From an uncultured Acidobacteriota bacterium (GTDB lineage Bacteria > Acidobacteriota > UBA6911), in the NCBI GenBank assembly GCA_963843575.1, contig CAWJKZ010000013.1:576001-640000 (forward strand): a DNA stretch of 64,000 nucleotides, given 5' to 3'. This document shows, in pieces, positions 19,907-29,674 of the stretch. The notes under the pieces are model-generated. The model was not told the DNA's origin. It ran no database searches and saw nothing but the letters and a program-made list of their open reading frames with translations. A program made the position numbers and the translations under genes. The stretch's first letter is position 1. Each line of letters begins with the position of its first letter.

Positions 19907-21526
19907 TCAGGGTTTGGTGATGCTCGTGTAGAACGTGGAAGGAATCACCCGGCCGGTCTGGGTGCGGTTCACCCGGATGAATTTAAGGACGACCGGCTCG
20001 CCGACCTTCAAACCCTTCACGATATTGAGCAGGTCTTGGGCCACCGTGATCTTTTTCCCGTTGGCCGCCACGATGATGTCGGCGCCCCCCTGCTCCTGGC
20101 CCTCCAGTCCGGCGTCCTCCGCGAGGCTGCCGGCTTTGACCGACAGCACAAGTGCGCCCCCGGGTATGTCGAGTTCCTGGGCCATGCGGGGCGGGAGGTT
20201 GTCGAAGCTAAGCCCGATTTCGGGTTTGGGCTGTTCTTCCTTGTCCTCGAAACTCAGCGACCCGCCCTCGTCGTCCTGGGATTCCAGCAGCCTCTCGGCC
20301 ACCGTCACTTCGAGCGTCTTCTCCGCGCCCTGGCGCACGAGCTTCACCGGGACAGTCCTTCCCGGCGGCGTGTTGGCCACCGACAGCCGAAGGTCCTGGA
20401 CGCTCGTGATTTTCTTGCCGTCGAACTCGACGATGACGTCTTCGGGTTTCACGCCCGACTTGGCCGCCGGCCCGGTTTCCGAGGAATCGCCTTTCTCGTC
20501 GCTCAGGCCGGTGATCAGGACGCCGCCCCCCTGCTTGACGCCGAAGTATCGGGCCATCTCGGGTGTAAACGGCAGCGTGTTCATGTTGACGCCAAGCCAG
20601 CCGCGGCTGAATTTGCCCTTTTCGAGGATCTGATTGTAGACATTGACGAAGATGTGCGAGGGAACCGCAAACCCGACGCCCGCATTGGACCGCGAGGCCG
20701 TGGAGATGAAGCTGTTGATGCCGACGACCTCGCCATTCATGTTGACCAGCGGCCCGCCGCTGTTGCCGGGGTTGATCGCGGCATCTGTCTGCAGGTAATC
20801 GTTAAACAGCATGTTCAGAGACCCGCCGGTGGTGTCGAAAACTCTACCCGTCGCGGATACGATTCCGGCGGTGACCGTCTGGTCCAGTCCGAACGGACTC
20901 CCGATCGCGAGGACCCAGTCGCCGACCTTCATGCTCTTGGCGTCGCCGACTTTCACAAAGGGAAAATCCTTTGTGCCGTCGATCTTAATGACGGCGATGT
21001 CCGACAAGGGGTCGGTCGCAATTATCTTGGCCGCATACTCTTTCCCGCCCTCGACGTTTACCTTGACCTTCGACGCGCCCTCGACAACATGGTTGTTCGT
21101 GATGATGTAACCCTTGGGATCGACGATGACACCCGATCCGAGGCTGCGCCGGGTAAACGTCTCAGGCTGGTTGGGATTGTTGGGATTATTGAAGAACCGG
21201 TGAAAGAAGTCCTCCATCGGATCGTCGCCGGGTGTGTTGTTGCGCTGCCTCCGAGTGGGGCGGACCACCTCTTCGGTATTGATGTTGACGACCGCCGGTT
21301 CCACGAGCTTTGCCACTTCCTCAAACGCCTGCGACAGCGCCAGCACCGCCGAACCAACCGCCGGCTTTCCGTCGGTTTGGATTTTCAGTTGGCTGTCACC
21401 AGGGCCCACGGCGCCAACGCGGTAGGTGATCAGTGTCCCTATCCCGATGCCGAGCGTCAGGATAAACAGGACTACCAGGAAATTCACGATTCGCTTTCCC
21501 GGTCTCCAGCCCGTAGTGTTACTCAT
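19907..21526 (-). CDS. HtrA/DegP-family serine protease with two PDZ domains
   Basis: TNNHVV, DIAV and QTDAAINPGNSGGPL; PDZ motifs. Confidence 0.95.
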   Translation of the reverse strand: MSNTTGWRPGKRIVNFLVVLFILTLGIGIGTLITYRVGAVGPGDSQLKIQTDGKPAVGSAVLALSQAFEEVAKLVEPAVVNINTEEVVRPTRRQRNNTPGDDPMEDFFHRFFNNPNNPNQPETFTRRSLGSGVIVDPKGYIITNNHVVEGASKVKVNVEGGKEYAAKIIATDPLSDIAVIKIDGTKDFPFVKVGDAKSMKVGDWVLAIGSPFGLDQTVTAGIVSATGRVFDTTGGSLNMLFNDYLQTDAAINPGNSGGPLVNMNGEVVGINSFISTASRSNAGVGFAVPSHIFVNVYNQILEKGKFSRGWLGVNMNTLPFTPEMARYFGVKQGGGVLITGLSDEKGDSSETGPAAKSGVKPEDVIVEFDGKKITSVQDLRLSVANTPPGRTVPVKLVRQGAEKTLEVTVAERLLESQDDEGGSLSFEDKEEQPKPEIGLSFDNLPPRMAQELDIPGGALVLSVKAGSLAEDAGLEGQEQGGADIIVAANGKKITVAQDLLNIVKGLKVGEPVVLKFIRVNRTQTGRVIPSTFYTSITKP

Positions 21527-21609
21527 AGCCCCTCCTGTTAAGTTGCCATAATTCTACGCGATAGGGATGCAGGAGTTCCAGAATTTGGCGTGCTGTCTTC
21601 TCTGACGGG

Positions 21610-22503
21610 CTATCCGGAGGGCTGGGCCGCGTCCGCACCCGCTTCACCCCGGCGCAGTTCTGAGATCAGGATGCCAGCGAGCACCAGCACGCCGCCCAGC
21701 CATTCCTTCCCGGTCAGGGCTTGTCCCAGAAACCAGTAAGCGATCAGGGCGGCAAAGAACGGTTCGAGGCTGAAGATCAGGGCGGCCCGGTTTGCGGTCG
21801 TGTACTGCTGCGCCCGGTTCTGGACGTAGAAGGCAAATCCCGTCGCAAGCACCCCCGTAAAAAAGAAATAGAAGGCGAACAGGGAGTCCCACACGAGGAA
21901 GGGGCTCTCGAGCAGCGGAACGAGGAGGGTTCCGAGCGCCGCGCTGCCGGCGAGCTGGATGATTACGAGCTGGCGGTAGTCGCTGAGTCGCAGGTAACGG
22001 CCCAGCATGAGGATGTGAAGCGCGAAGAACAGCGCGCACAGGAGGGTCAGGCTATCGCCGTGACTCAATTTGAGCTCGAGTTTCGTCAGGGTGAGCAAGC
22101 CGAGGCCGACCGTGGCGAGCGCCACGCCGGCCAGGGTGCGCGGTCTGGGGCGGTGGCCGTACAACAGCAGGCCCAGTAGCGGCACCAGCAGGACCGCGAG
22201 GCTGGTGATGAACGCGGAGCGGGACGGCGTCGTGCTGCGCAGCCCCATAGTCTGGGACACGAAACCGCCCAGGAGCGCGACGGCGAGGACCAGTCCACGG
22301 CGCAGGGTGCGGCGTGATATCCCCTGGATAGAGCCGGGCATGAATGCCAAAACCACGACCGTCGCCACCCAGAAGCGCAACGCGATGAACAGAACGGGAG
22401 AAACCTGCGCGAGACTTTTCTTGACGATCGTGAAGGCGCTTCCCCAGATCAGCGTGATCAGGATCAGGGCCAGATCCGCGTTCAGGAGCTTCGGGATTTT
22501 CAT
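21610..22503 (-). CDS. DMT/EamA family transporter
   Basis: About 10 hydrophobic segments; IWGSAF and ALIFSLEPFFA. Confidence 0.9.
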   Translation of the reverse strand: MKIPKLLNADLALILITLIWGSAFTIVKKSLAQVSPVLFIALRFWVATVVVLAFMPGSIQGISRRTLRRGLVLAVALLGGFVSQTMGLRSTTPSRSAFITSLAVLLVPLLGLLLYGHRPRPRTLAGVALATVGLGLLTLTKLELKLSHGDSLTLLCALFFALHILMLGRYLRLSDYRQLVIIQLAGSAALGTLLVPLLESPFLVWDSLFAFYFFFTGVLATGFAFYVQNRAQQYTTANRAALIFSLEPFFAALIAYWFLGQALTGKEWLGGVLVLAGILISELRRGEAGADAAQPSG

Positions 22504-22555
22504 GGCGCCCGCGCATCTTAGCACAGCGTGTTATACTCGCGGGGATCTCATTAAG

Positions 22556-23929
22556 ATGCGCGACCGTCTTTTAGTCTACCTCCAAAGTGCCGGGCGGCCA
22601 CTTCCGGCGGACCAGATCCTTCGGGACGTCCTTCACATCGTTTCCCCGGGCACCCTCGCTTCGCAGGGCGTGCTGAAGAACATCCTGAAGGGTGATCCCC
22701 GCTTTGTGTGCGCGCGCGGGCTTTGGAGCGTGCGTGGTGGTGCGGCCTCGGATGCCCCCCTCGCCCCGCGTGACGCGACGGCACTCGTGGTGCAGCAGGC
22801 GCGCGGCAGTCACGATCCACTCCTCGTGCGCGGCGCGGTGTATTGCGGGGCGGACGCGCTCGAATTCGGGACACCGGAGCCGGCTGGCCGCGTCCGGCAC
22901 GATGAGCTCCGTCGGGCGGCAGGGATGATGGCGGGGAGGCTCGTGGTCGCATGGGACTCGCGGTCGCTGCGCACCTGGCAGCGTGCGCTGCGGGCCGCCG
23001 GCCTGCCTCCCTGGGAGGGCGAGGCGGTGTCGCTGGTTGTCCTCGCCCGGCGCCTGTTCCCGCGCCTCCCGGGCAGGGCCAGCGTGGAGGATGTGGCGGC
23101 GGCGCTTGCCATGGCCCCCCCCGATCCCGAGAGCGCCCGCGCGCTGGCGCGCTTCGCTGCCGGCGCCTTCTCCGCCTGCCTCGATCTCATTCCGACGGAA
23201 GGCCGCCGCGACGCCGCGGCCCTCGGCCGCTGGATTGCAGCGGTGGACGCCCCGGTCGATTTCAGCAGCTTCGCGTTTGGCCCCGAGCTGCTCGCGGAAC
23301 TCCCGGAGACTCCGGGCGTGTACGTCATGAGAGACCGCGAGGGCGCGGCGGTGTACGTCGGCAAGGCGGCCAACCTCAGGCGCCGGGTGCGCTCCTATTT
23401 TGCCCGGGGCGCGCTCCGTGCGGCGAAGATCCGCGCGCTGCATGCGCAGCTCCACACTATCGAGGTCTTTACGGCCGAATCCGAGATAGAGGCGTTGATT
23501 GCCGAGTTGCGCTGCATACGGGAGATGCGCCCCCCCGTCAACAAACAAGCCGAGGTGCACGAGCGCGCAGCGGGGTACGGAAGGGAACGTAACCTGCTGC
23601 TGCTCGTACCCGCCGCGTCGGGGGTTCGCGCGGAGATATATTTCCTCAAAGCGGGAGTCTTTGCCGCCCGGCTGGGGGCGCCGCTGGGGCGGGCCCCGTC
23701 GAGGGCCCTGAAAAGCAAGGTGCGCAGGATCTACTACGGACGGAGGCACACGACCGGCCCGGGAGATCCGCGGGAACGGGAGATCATCTTCCGCTGGCTC
23801 GCACGCAACCGCCGCAAACTCAATTTCGTCGACCTGGACGACGCGGGCTGCTACGACGACGCGATGCGTCGCGTCTCCGATTACCTCCTGGATCCTGGGA
23901 GGCTCGCGACGAAGGTGTTTTATCGCTGA
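22556..23929 (+). CDS. GIY-YIG (UvrC/Cho-like) nuclease fused to a degenerate exonuclease-like N-terminal region
   Basis: LPETPGVYVM...YVGKAANLRRRVRSYF, EIEALIAE and PPVN. Confidence 0.75.
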   Translation: MRDRLLVYLQSAGRPLPADQILRDVLHIVSPGTLASQGVLKNILKGDPRFVCARGLWSVRGGAASDAPLAPRDATALVVQQARGSHDPLLVRGAVYCGADALEFGTPEPAGRVRHDELRRAAGMMAGRLVVAWDSRSLRTWQRALRAAGLPPWEGEAVSLVVLARRLFPRLPGRASVEDVAAALAMAPPDPESARALARFAAGAFSACLDLIPTEGRRDAAALGRWIAAVDAPVDFSSFAFGPELLAELPETPGVYVMRDREGAAVYVGKAANLRRRVRSYFARGALRAAKIRALHAQLHTIEVFTAESEIEALIAELRCIREMRPPVNKQAEVHERAAGYGRERNLLLLVPAASGVRAEIYFLKAGVFAARLGAPLGRAPSRALKSKVRRIYYGRRHTTGPGDPREREIIFRWLARNRRKLNFVDLDDAGCYDDAMRRVSDYLLDPGRLATKVFYR

Positions 23930-24055
23930 GGGGAATACTCTTTACTCCACCGGGCGTTTTGAGTAAGTTGAGCTTATCGTTGAGTGAGGCTCGCGCGTAA
24001 TTTCCAGAGTTCTACGACCGGCCAGTACTTCCCCCGGCGTTCGTGGAGGAACGAA

Positions 24056-24700
24056 ATGATGCCCTCAATCGCTTCCCTGATCGGAACCTTGGCCGCTGGA
24101 CTGAGCTTGCTGGTCCCCGCCGGCGTGCAGGTTGCACAGGAGGCGCCTACCCAGGCGAACTTTTTTGAAGTCCAGCTCGGCAAAGAAGAAGTCTATAAAT
24201 ACCAGAACCTCAAGCTCACCGGGGATTACACCACCCTGCAGTCCCCTTCGGGTCTCGCGGTGCTCGGCAAGACCGAGGCCGGCGTGACGGTCGTTGTGAT
24301 AATCGGCGCCGGAGAGGCGACGATCGAAGCCCCCGAGCCGGCGCGCGAGAAATTCAAGACCGTCTTCGGCCAATACCCGCTCAAAACGGCGTTCACCACC
24401 ATCTACATGCGGCTGAATCCAAAAGAGTACGACGAGACTTTCGGGAAGATGTCGCTGGCGAAGGCGCCCGACGAAGCCGCCTTCGCCAAGGCCAAGGAGC
24501 TGTTCGACCTGAAATTCCTGGGCTCGTATCACGCGGGACCCAAGGCGATCCTGCCGCCCTACAAGACGCGCGTGTTCGAAATCGACACGGCGGAGATGGG
24601 GCAGATCACGAACGAAGAGGGATACTGGATCACGCTCCGCAGGCTCTCTCCCTACGGGAGTGTCTATCCGGCGCGATTCGTCAATCCCAAACAGAAATAG
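24056..24700 (+). CDS. Exported hypothetical protein
   Basis: RBS GGAGG, signal peptide, coding-like codon bias. Confidence 0.7.
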   Translation: MMPSIASLIGTLAAGLSLLVPAGVQVAQEAPTQANFFEVQLGKEEVYKYQNLKLTGDYTTLQSPSGLAVLGKTEAGVTVVVIIGAGEATIEAPEPAREKFKTVFGQYPLKTAFTTIYMRLNPKEYDETFGKMSLAKAPDEAAFAKAKELFDLKFLGSYHAGPKAILPPYKTRVFEIDTAEMGQITNEEGYWITLRRLSPYGSVYPARFVNPKQK

Positions 24701-24748
24701 GAGCCACGCGGGGCCGCCGGGGCGCCATGCGTGGCCCTCCGCGGTCCG

Positions 24749-25450
24749 TCACTGGCGGGTGACTTCCAGTTCCTTGCCGGGAACGGCGATCTTGTACAGC
24801 ACGTGCTGATTGTCCACCCAGAGCTGCATCACCATCGCACCGGAATCGACCTGCAGCCTGCGGGCCTCGATCTTCTTGCCGCGCACCCGAATCGTCTCTT
24901 TCCCCGTCTGCTTGATGACGAGCACCCCCGAATCGGTCTCCTGCGGGATGACGACCTCGAACTTCTGCGGCGTATCCTTGTGGTCGAAGTCGAACAGGCG
25001 GGCCAGGAAGATGAAGTGGTGAAACATGTTCGAGTCCAGCAGCGTGAACTCCTTGCCCACCAGGACCCCGGCACGGCGCATTGTGCCGCCCGGCTCGCCG
25101 TACTGAAAGATGGCCTGATTGGGGCTGAACTCGCCGACGATAGTCCCTTTCTTGCCGTCGACCTCGCTCTTGAGCTGGTAGCCGGAGGGGACGAATCGGG
25201 CGTTCATCTCGCACCGGGTCTCCATCTGCACCTTTTGCCGTTTGTCCGCCGGGTTGCGGAATTCCAGAACGGAGGTACTGCTGGCCGCGTCGCCAGCGGC
25301 GACAATGGCGAACTTCTCGGCGCCGATCTCTTCCCCCGCCACGTAGATCCTGAACTCGCCCTCCTCGCTTGCCGGCTTCTTGTCCGCGGCCTGCTGCTGC
25401 AGCGCACAGGCCAGCAGCACTGCAAGCGCCGTACTCACTCGCTTAGTCAT
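24749..25450 (-). CDS. Exported beta-rich hypothetical protein
   Basis: Signal peptide; FRIYVAGEEIGAEKF and GKETIRVRGKKIEARR...LWVD patterns. Confidence 0.7.
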   Translation of the reverse strand: MTKRVSTALAVLLACALQQQAADKKPASEEGEFRIYVAGEEIGAEKFAIVAAGDAASSTSVLEFRNPADKRQKVQMETRCEMNARFVPSGYQLKSEVDGKKGTIVGEFSPNQAIFQYGEPGGTMRRAGVLVGKEFTLLDSNMFHHFIFLARLFDFDHKDTPQKFEVVIPQETDSGVLVIKQTGKETIRVRGKKIEARRLQVDSGAMVMQLWVDNQHVLYKIAVPGKELEVTRQ

Positions 25451-25617
25451 GATCGCACGGGTGCCCTTTCCGCAACAGAGCCGGTCCGCGTGCCCAAGGG
25501 TCGCGGCAGGCTGCACTTGATCGATGCGCACCTATCCCGGGATTTTAATATACCGGGAAGTCGCGGTTGAGAATTTTTCCTGCAAGGTTGACGGGGCGAT
25601 CGGGCCACCTTTCATGA

Positions 25618-25809
25618 ACCCTGCGCAACAACGTCTGGACGGACTACGCCTACGCCCCCGACGCGAAGGCCCAGGTCGCTGACCTGGCGTTCGGCTCGGA
25701 CGCGCTGCTGGGCGCGCTGGCCTCCGACCGTCAACTCGCGGCCTTTGCCGCCCTGGGCAGCAACGTCCTGGTCGTCCATAAGGGGAAGGTCTATCGCATC
25801 CACGGCTAG
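25618..25809 (+). pseudogene. Orphan fragment resembling the C-terminal tail of VIT/VWA proteins
   Basis: Manual translation TLRNNVWTDYAYAPDAKAQVADLAFGSDALLGALASDRQLAAFAALGSNVLVVHKGKVYRIHG*; an in-frame TGA lies directly upstream. Confidence 0.5.
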
Positions 25810-25840
25810 GTGCGCGGCTTGATGGCACCCGGCGATCGAC

Positions 25841-27343
25841 CTACACGAGTTGCGGCGCGTTCCGTCGCCCGTCCGGGACGCGCCGCGCGGCGAACGGCCG
25901 GGCCTCGCGCGCCTCGAACGCCTTCTTCCACGCTCCCAGCCTGCCGCCGGCGCGCCAGGCATCCATGGCCGCCAGGCCGGCTTCCGGCCCGCCCTGCGAG
26001 AGCATATACTCCACCCACGCCCAGCGAGGCGACGTGGGCCGGATCTCGACCCTCCCCTTCAACGCGGCGCGCAGCCGTGCCAGCTTCGCTTCCTGCAATG
26101 CGACCGGCTCAAACGGAGCGCCATCCATAGGGGTGTTGCGCTTGGCCACGAAGGGCGAGATGCCGAGCGAGACCGGGACGATGCGGGACAGCTCCAGAGA
26201 GAAGCGCGCCAGTTCGTCGATATCGGCCTGCGTCTCACCCGGGAGCCCGACGAGTTCGTATAGCTTGAGGCGTTGCAGTCCGGCCCCGCGTGCCAGTTCG
26301 GCGGTGCGCACGAGGTGCTGTTCCGCGGTCTTGCGGTCGATCAGGTTGCGGAGGCGCTGCGAAGCCCCGTCCGAGGCGGTGGTCAGGGTGCGGTACCCGC
26401 CCCGCGCCAGGAGGCGGACGAACTCCTCGTCCAGCCGGTCTGCGCGCAGGCTGGAGATGCCGACCTCCCGGCCCGCATCCACGATGCCGCGCACGATCTC
26501 CTTGATGCGCGGGTGGTCCGTTACGGCCGCGCCCACGAGCCCGACCCTGCGCGCCGTCTCCGGGATGAGCGACATCACCTTCTCCGGAGGGACGAGGCGC
26601 ATGCCGCCGTTGGTCGTGCGCCGCATCACGCAGTACGTGCAGCCACGGGAACAGCCGCGCTCCGGCTCGATCAGGAACATGCCGGAGAGCACCGTTCCGG
26701 AGGTCAGTATCTGCGAGCGAGCGGGGAGGCGTTCGGCCGAGGCCTTGGCGAGCCCGGGAAGCGCGGCGCTCCATCCCGGGGCATAGCAGCCCGGCAGGCC
26801 CGCGCAGCGGGTAGCCAGGTCGGCTCTTGACGTCGATGCCGCGGCGTCAAGGACGGCGTGAATTGGTTCCTCTCCCTCGCCGAGGACGATGACGTCGGCG
26901 AAGGGAGCGAGCGGTTCCGGGTTCGAGTTGGTCAGGGGGCCGCCCACGATGACGGGAGGGTGCCGGGAGTCCCTGTCTTCGCGCAGCAGCGGGATGCCGG
27001 CCAGGTCGAGCATTTCCAGAATACCGGGGAGCTCCAGCTCGTATGAAATACTGAAGGCAACGGCGCTGAACTGTGCCAGCGGCTTCTCCCCTTCGTAGGA
27101 AATCAGCGGCACGCGCGCAGCACGCTGCTCGGCCACCCAGTCGGGCAGGAACACACGCTCGGCCGAGGCGCCGGGGTGCGCGTGGATCTCGCGGTAGATG
27201 GCCTGGAATCCGAGCGAGCTCATCCCCACCGCGTACGGGCTGGGGTAGCAGAGCGCCACGCACAGCGGCGCCTGTTTGTGCAATGTCCCCGATTCCGCGG
27301 CGATTCTGCGCCGGATCTCGTTGGTGATCTCCCAGGTGTTCAT
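25841..27343 (-). CDS. Radical SAM protein with B12-binding-like N-terminal domain
   Basis: YPSPYAVGMSSLG, GEGEE and the RGCSRGCTYC CxxxCxxC motif. Confidence 0.9.
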   Translation of the reverse strand: MNTWEITNEIRRRIAAESGTLHKQAPLCVALCYPSPYAVGMSSLGFQAIYREIHAHPGASAERVFLPDWVAEQRAARVPLISYEGEKPLAQFSAVAFSISYELELPGILEMLDLAGIPLLREDRDSRHPPVIVGGPLTNSNPEPLAPFADVIVLGEGEEPIHAVLDAAASTSRADLATRCAGLPGCYAPGWSAALPGLAKASAERLPARSQILTSGTVLSGMFLIEPERGCSRGCTYCVMRRTTNGGMRLVPPEKVMSLIPETARRVGLVGAAVTDHPRIKEIVRGIVDAGREVGISSLRADRLDEEFVRLLARGGYRTLTTASDGASQRLRNLIDRKTAEQHLVRTAELARGAGLQRLKLYELVGLPGETQADIDELARFSLELSRIVPVSLGISPFVAKRNTPMDGAPFEPVALQEAKLARLRAALKGRVEIRPTSPRWAWVEYMLSQGGPEAGLAAMDAWRAGGRLGAWKKAFEAREARPFAARRVPDGRRNAPQLV

Positions 27344-27358
27344 CGTCTTTGGTTGCGC

Positions 27359-27997
27359 TCAGACCCCGCGCAATATCCCGGGCCAGATGATTTTGTGCAG
27401 TTGAAGCTGCAGCCGCGCCTGCACGCCCGAGTCGAGGAGCCAGCGGGCAAGGGCGTCGTACGGGAGCTTGCCGTACACCGGTGAGAACAGGACGCTGCCA
27501 ACGCGGGAAGGAAGGTCATACAACCGCACCTTGTCCGAAGCCCAGTCGAAATCCGCCCGGTCCCCCACCACGAATTTGACCTCGTCGGCGCGGGTGAGAT
27601 ACTCCACGTTGGCGTAATGATTGCGGCGTTCCATCCCGCTCGAGGGACACTTCAGGTCCATAATCTTGCGCACCCGCGGGTCGACGCCGCGCAGCGGGAC
27701 ATGCCCCCCGGTCTCAAGGCAGACCGTGTATTGCCGGTCCAGCAGCGCCCCCAGGAGCTCATGGATGCCGTGCTGGATCATCGGCTCGCCCCCTGTCACG
27801 AGCACCAGCCGGGTCGGATATGCGGCGATCGCCTCCACAATTCCCGCCACCGGGACTTCGGTTCCCTCGTAGAAGGCATACGCCGTGTCGCAGTACGAAC
27901 AGCGCAGATCGCATGCGCTGAGCCGGATGAAGGCGCAGGGGCAGCCAGCGAAGCTGGATTCCCCCTGGATGCTGAAAAAAACCTCGTTCAGTTTCAT
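27359..27997 (-). CDS. queE: 7-carboxy-7-deazaguanine synthase (radical SAM)
   Basis: EVFFSIQGE, CDLRCSYCDT, TGGEP, DLKCPSSG and LQLHKIIW. Confidence 0.9.
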   Translation of the reverse strand: MKLNEVFFSIQGESSFAGCPCAFIRLSACDLRCSYCDTAYAFYEGTEVPVAGIVEAIAAYPTRLVLVTGGEPMIQHGIHELLGALLDRQYTVCLETGGHVPLRGVDPRVRKIMDLKCPSSGMERRNHYANVEYLTRADEVKFVVGDRADFDWASDKVRLYDLPSRVGSVLFSPVYGKLPYDALARWLLDSGVQARLQLQLHKIIWPGILRGV

Positions 27998-28042
27998 GGC
28001 GGTGTCACGATCGGGTACCGGAGGAGCAGGGGGGCGGATCGG

Positions 28043-29674
28043 TTACCGGACCTGCTGGACGAGGACTTTGCCGCTTTCCGGCTCGCCCTTGATCAGATAA
28101 TGCCCCTTCTCCTGGATGGAGACAATCGAGTTGGCCTTTCTTCCCGCGTACTGTCCCGCTGTCCAGCGGAACATTACGCGATGGTCGCCGGCGGCAAGCC
28201 TGGGGACTTGGGCAGGATAGGGTGCGGGCAGCATTTTGCCGTTCAACAGGATTTCGCAGCCGTCGTATGCGTCGTTGGGGACTTCCAGATAGGCGCTCCC
28301 CAGCCCCGGGAGTTCAATTGCGTGCGTTTCTCCAGGGCCGAGCTTGACGGTTTCGAGGGGGCGATCGAGGAAAACTTCTTCTGCGACAGCGCGGAGACGG
28401 TGTTCGCCGGCGGTGACCGGCACCGGGGGGCCTCCGGGCCTGATGCCGTCAACGCGGCGCCCGCCGTCCAGGATACGTGCCGTGTAAGGCGCGCCCCGGG
28501 CAATGGAGAGAAAGGCGGGCGCGGGCCTTTCGGGCGGAGGGACCGGCGCCTCGTCCTTGGGTGCGGCCGGGACTTCGGTCTGCGGGGTCGCGGCCGGCGG
28601 TTCCGGCGGAGCCTTGAGCGCACTCGGGGCGGGGCTCGAGACGCTCGCGACGGGCTCCCGCACCTCCGTCGCAGGACCATTCGCCGGGTTGGCGACTTGC
28701 TTCTGCGTGTAGAGAAACCATCCCAGGACGGCCGCCGCAACGCCGAAAACGACGACAAGCATCGGCAGCAGGAGGCTGCGCCTCGGCAGCACGACCGTGG
28801 CTTTGGCTTTCGCCGTCGGCTCGGGCGGGGCAACCACGGGCGCCGGCGCCAATCCCAGCGACGCGTAGTCTTTGAGGTCCCGGATGAATTCGCTGCAGGT
28901 CTGGTATCGGGAGGCCGGATCCTTGGCCAGCATCCGTCCCACGATGTGGTCGAAACCCGGGTGCAGGGTGACGTTCAGGCTGCGTGGCGGCACCGGATGC
29001 TCGTGCAGGATCTTGTAGATAATGGTGGTCGGGTTTGTCCCGACGAAGGGGCGCTCGCCTGTCAGCATCTGGTAGAAAATCACGCCGAGCGAGAAGATGT
29101 CGGAGCGGCCGTCGATTTCCTGTCCCATGGCTTGCTCCGGGGACATGTAAGACGGGGTGCCCATGACCGTGCCGGTCATCGTGAGCTTCGACATGGAAAG
29201 CTTGGCGATCCCGAAGTCCGCGATCTTGGCCCGGAGATCCCGGGTCATGAGGATGTTTCCCGGCTTGACATCGCGGTGGATGATGTCCTTGGAGGCAGCG
29301 TAGTCCAGCCCCGAGGCGATCTGTTCGATGATGGAAGTCGTCACGTCGAGCGGGGGAATGGGATGGCCGGCGAGCCAGGTTTCGAGCGTTTCCCCTTCGA
29401 TATATTCCATCGCGATGTAGGCGACTTCCCCTTCCTCGCCTATGTCGTAGATGGTCACGATATTGGGGTGGTTGAGGACGCCCGCGGACCGCGCCTCGCG
29501 GTAGAGGCGGGTCTTGAGCTCCGCCTCTTCCATCCCCGCGCCGTGCTCCAGCCGGATGGTCTTGATGGCGACAACACGGCCGATGAGCGGATCGAGGGCC
29601 TTGTACACGACGGCCATGGCCCCCCGACCGAGTTCCCTTTCGATTTCGTAACGACCGATGCGCGAGAGACTCAT
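28043..29674 (-). CDS. Hanks-type Ser/Thr kinase with TM helix and extracytoplasmic PEGA-like region
   Basis: LGRGAMAVVY, VAIK, HRDVKPGN, DFGIA and GTPSYMSPEQ; TM segment and Pro-rich linker. Confidence 0.95.
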   Translation of the reverse strand: MSLSRIGRYEIERELGRGAMAVVYKALDPLIGRVVAIKTIRLEHGAGMEEAELKTRLYREARSAGVLNHPNIVTIYDIGEEGEVAYIAMEYIEGETLETWLAGHPIPPLDVTTSIIEQIASGLDYAASKDIIHRDVKPGNILMTRDLRAKIADFGIAKLSMSKLTMTGTVMGTPSYMSPEQAMGQEIDGRSDIFSLGVIFYQMLTGERPFVGTNPTTIIYKILHEHPVPPRSLNVTLHPGFDHIVGRMLAKDPASRYQTCSEFIRDLKDYASLGLAPAPVVAPPEPTAKAKATVVLPRRSLLLPMLVVVFGVAAAVLGWFLYTQKQVANPANGPATEVREPVASVSSPAPSALKAPPEPPAATPQTEVPAAPKDEAPVPPPERPAPAFLSIARGAPYTARILDGGRRVDGIRPGGPPVPVTAGEHRLRAVAEEVFLDRPLETVKLGPGETHAIELPGLGSAYLEVPNDAYDGCEILLNGKMLPAPYPAQVPRLAAGDHRVMFRWTAGQYAGRKANSIVSIQEKGHYLIKGEPESGKVLVQQVR

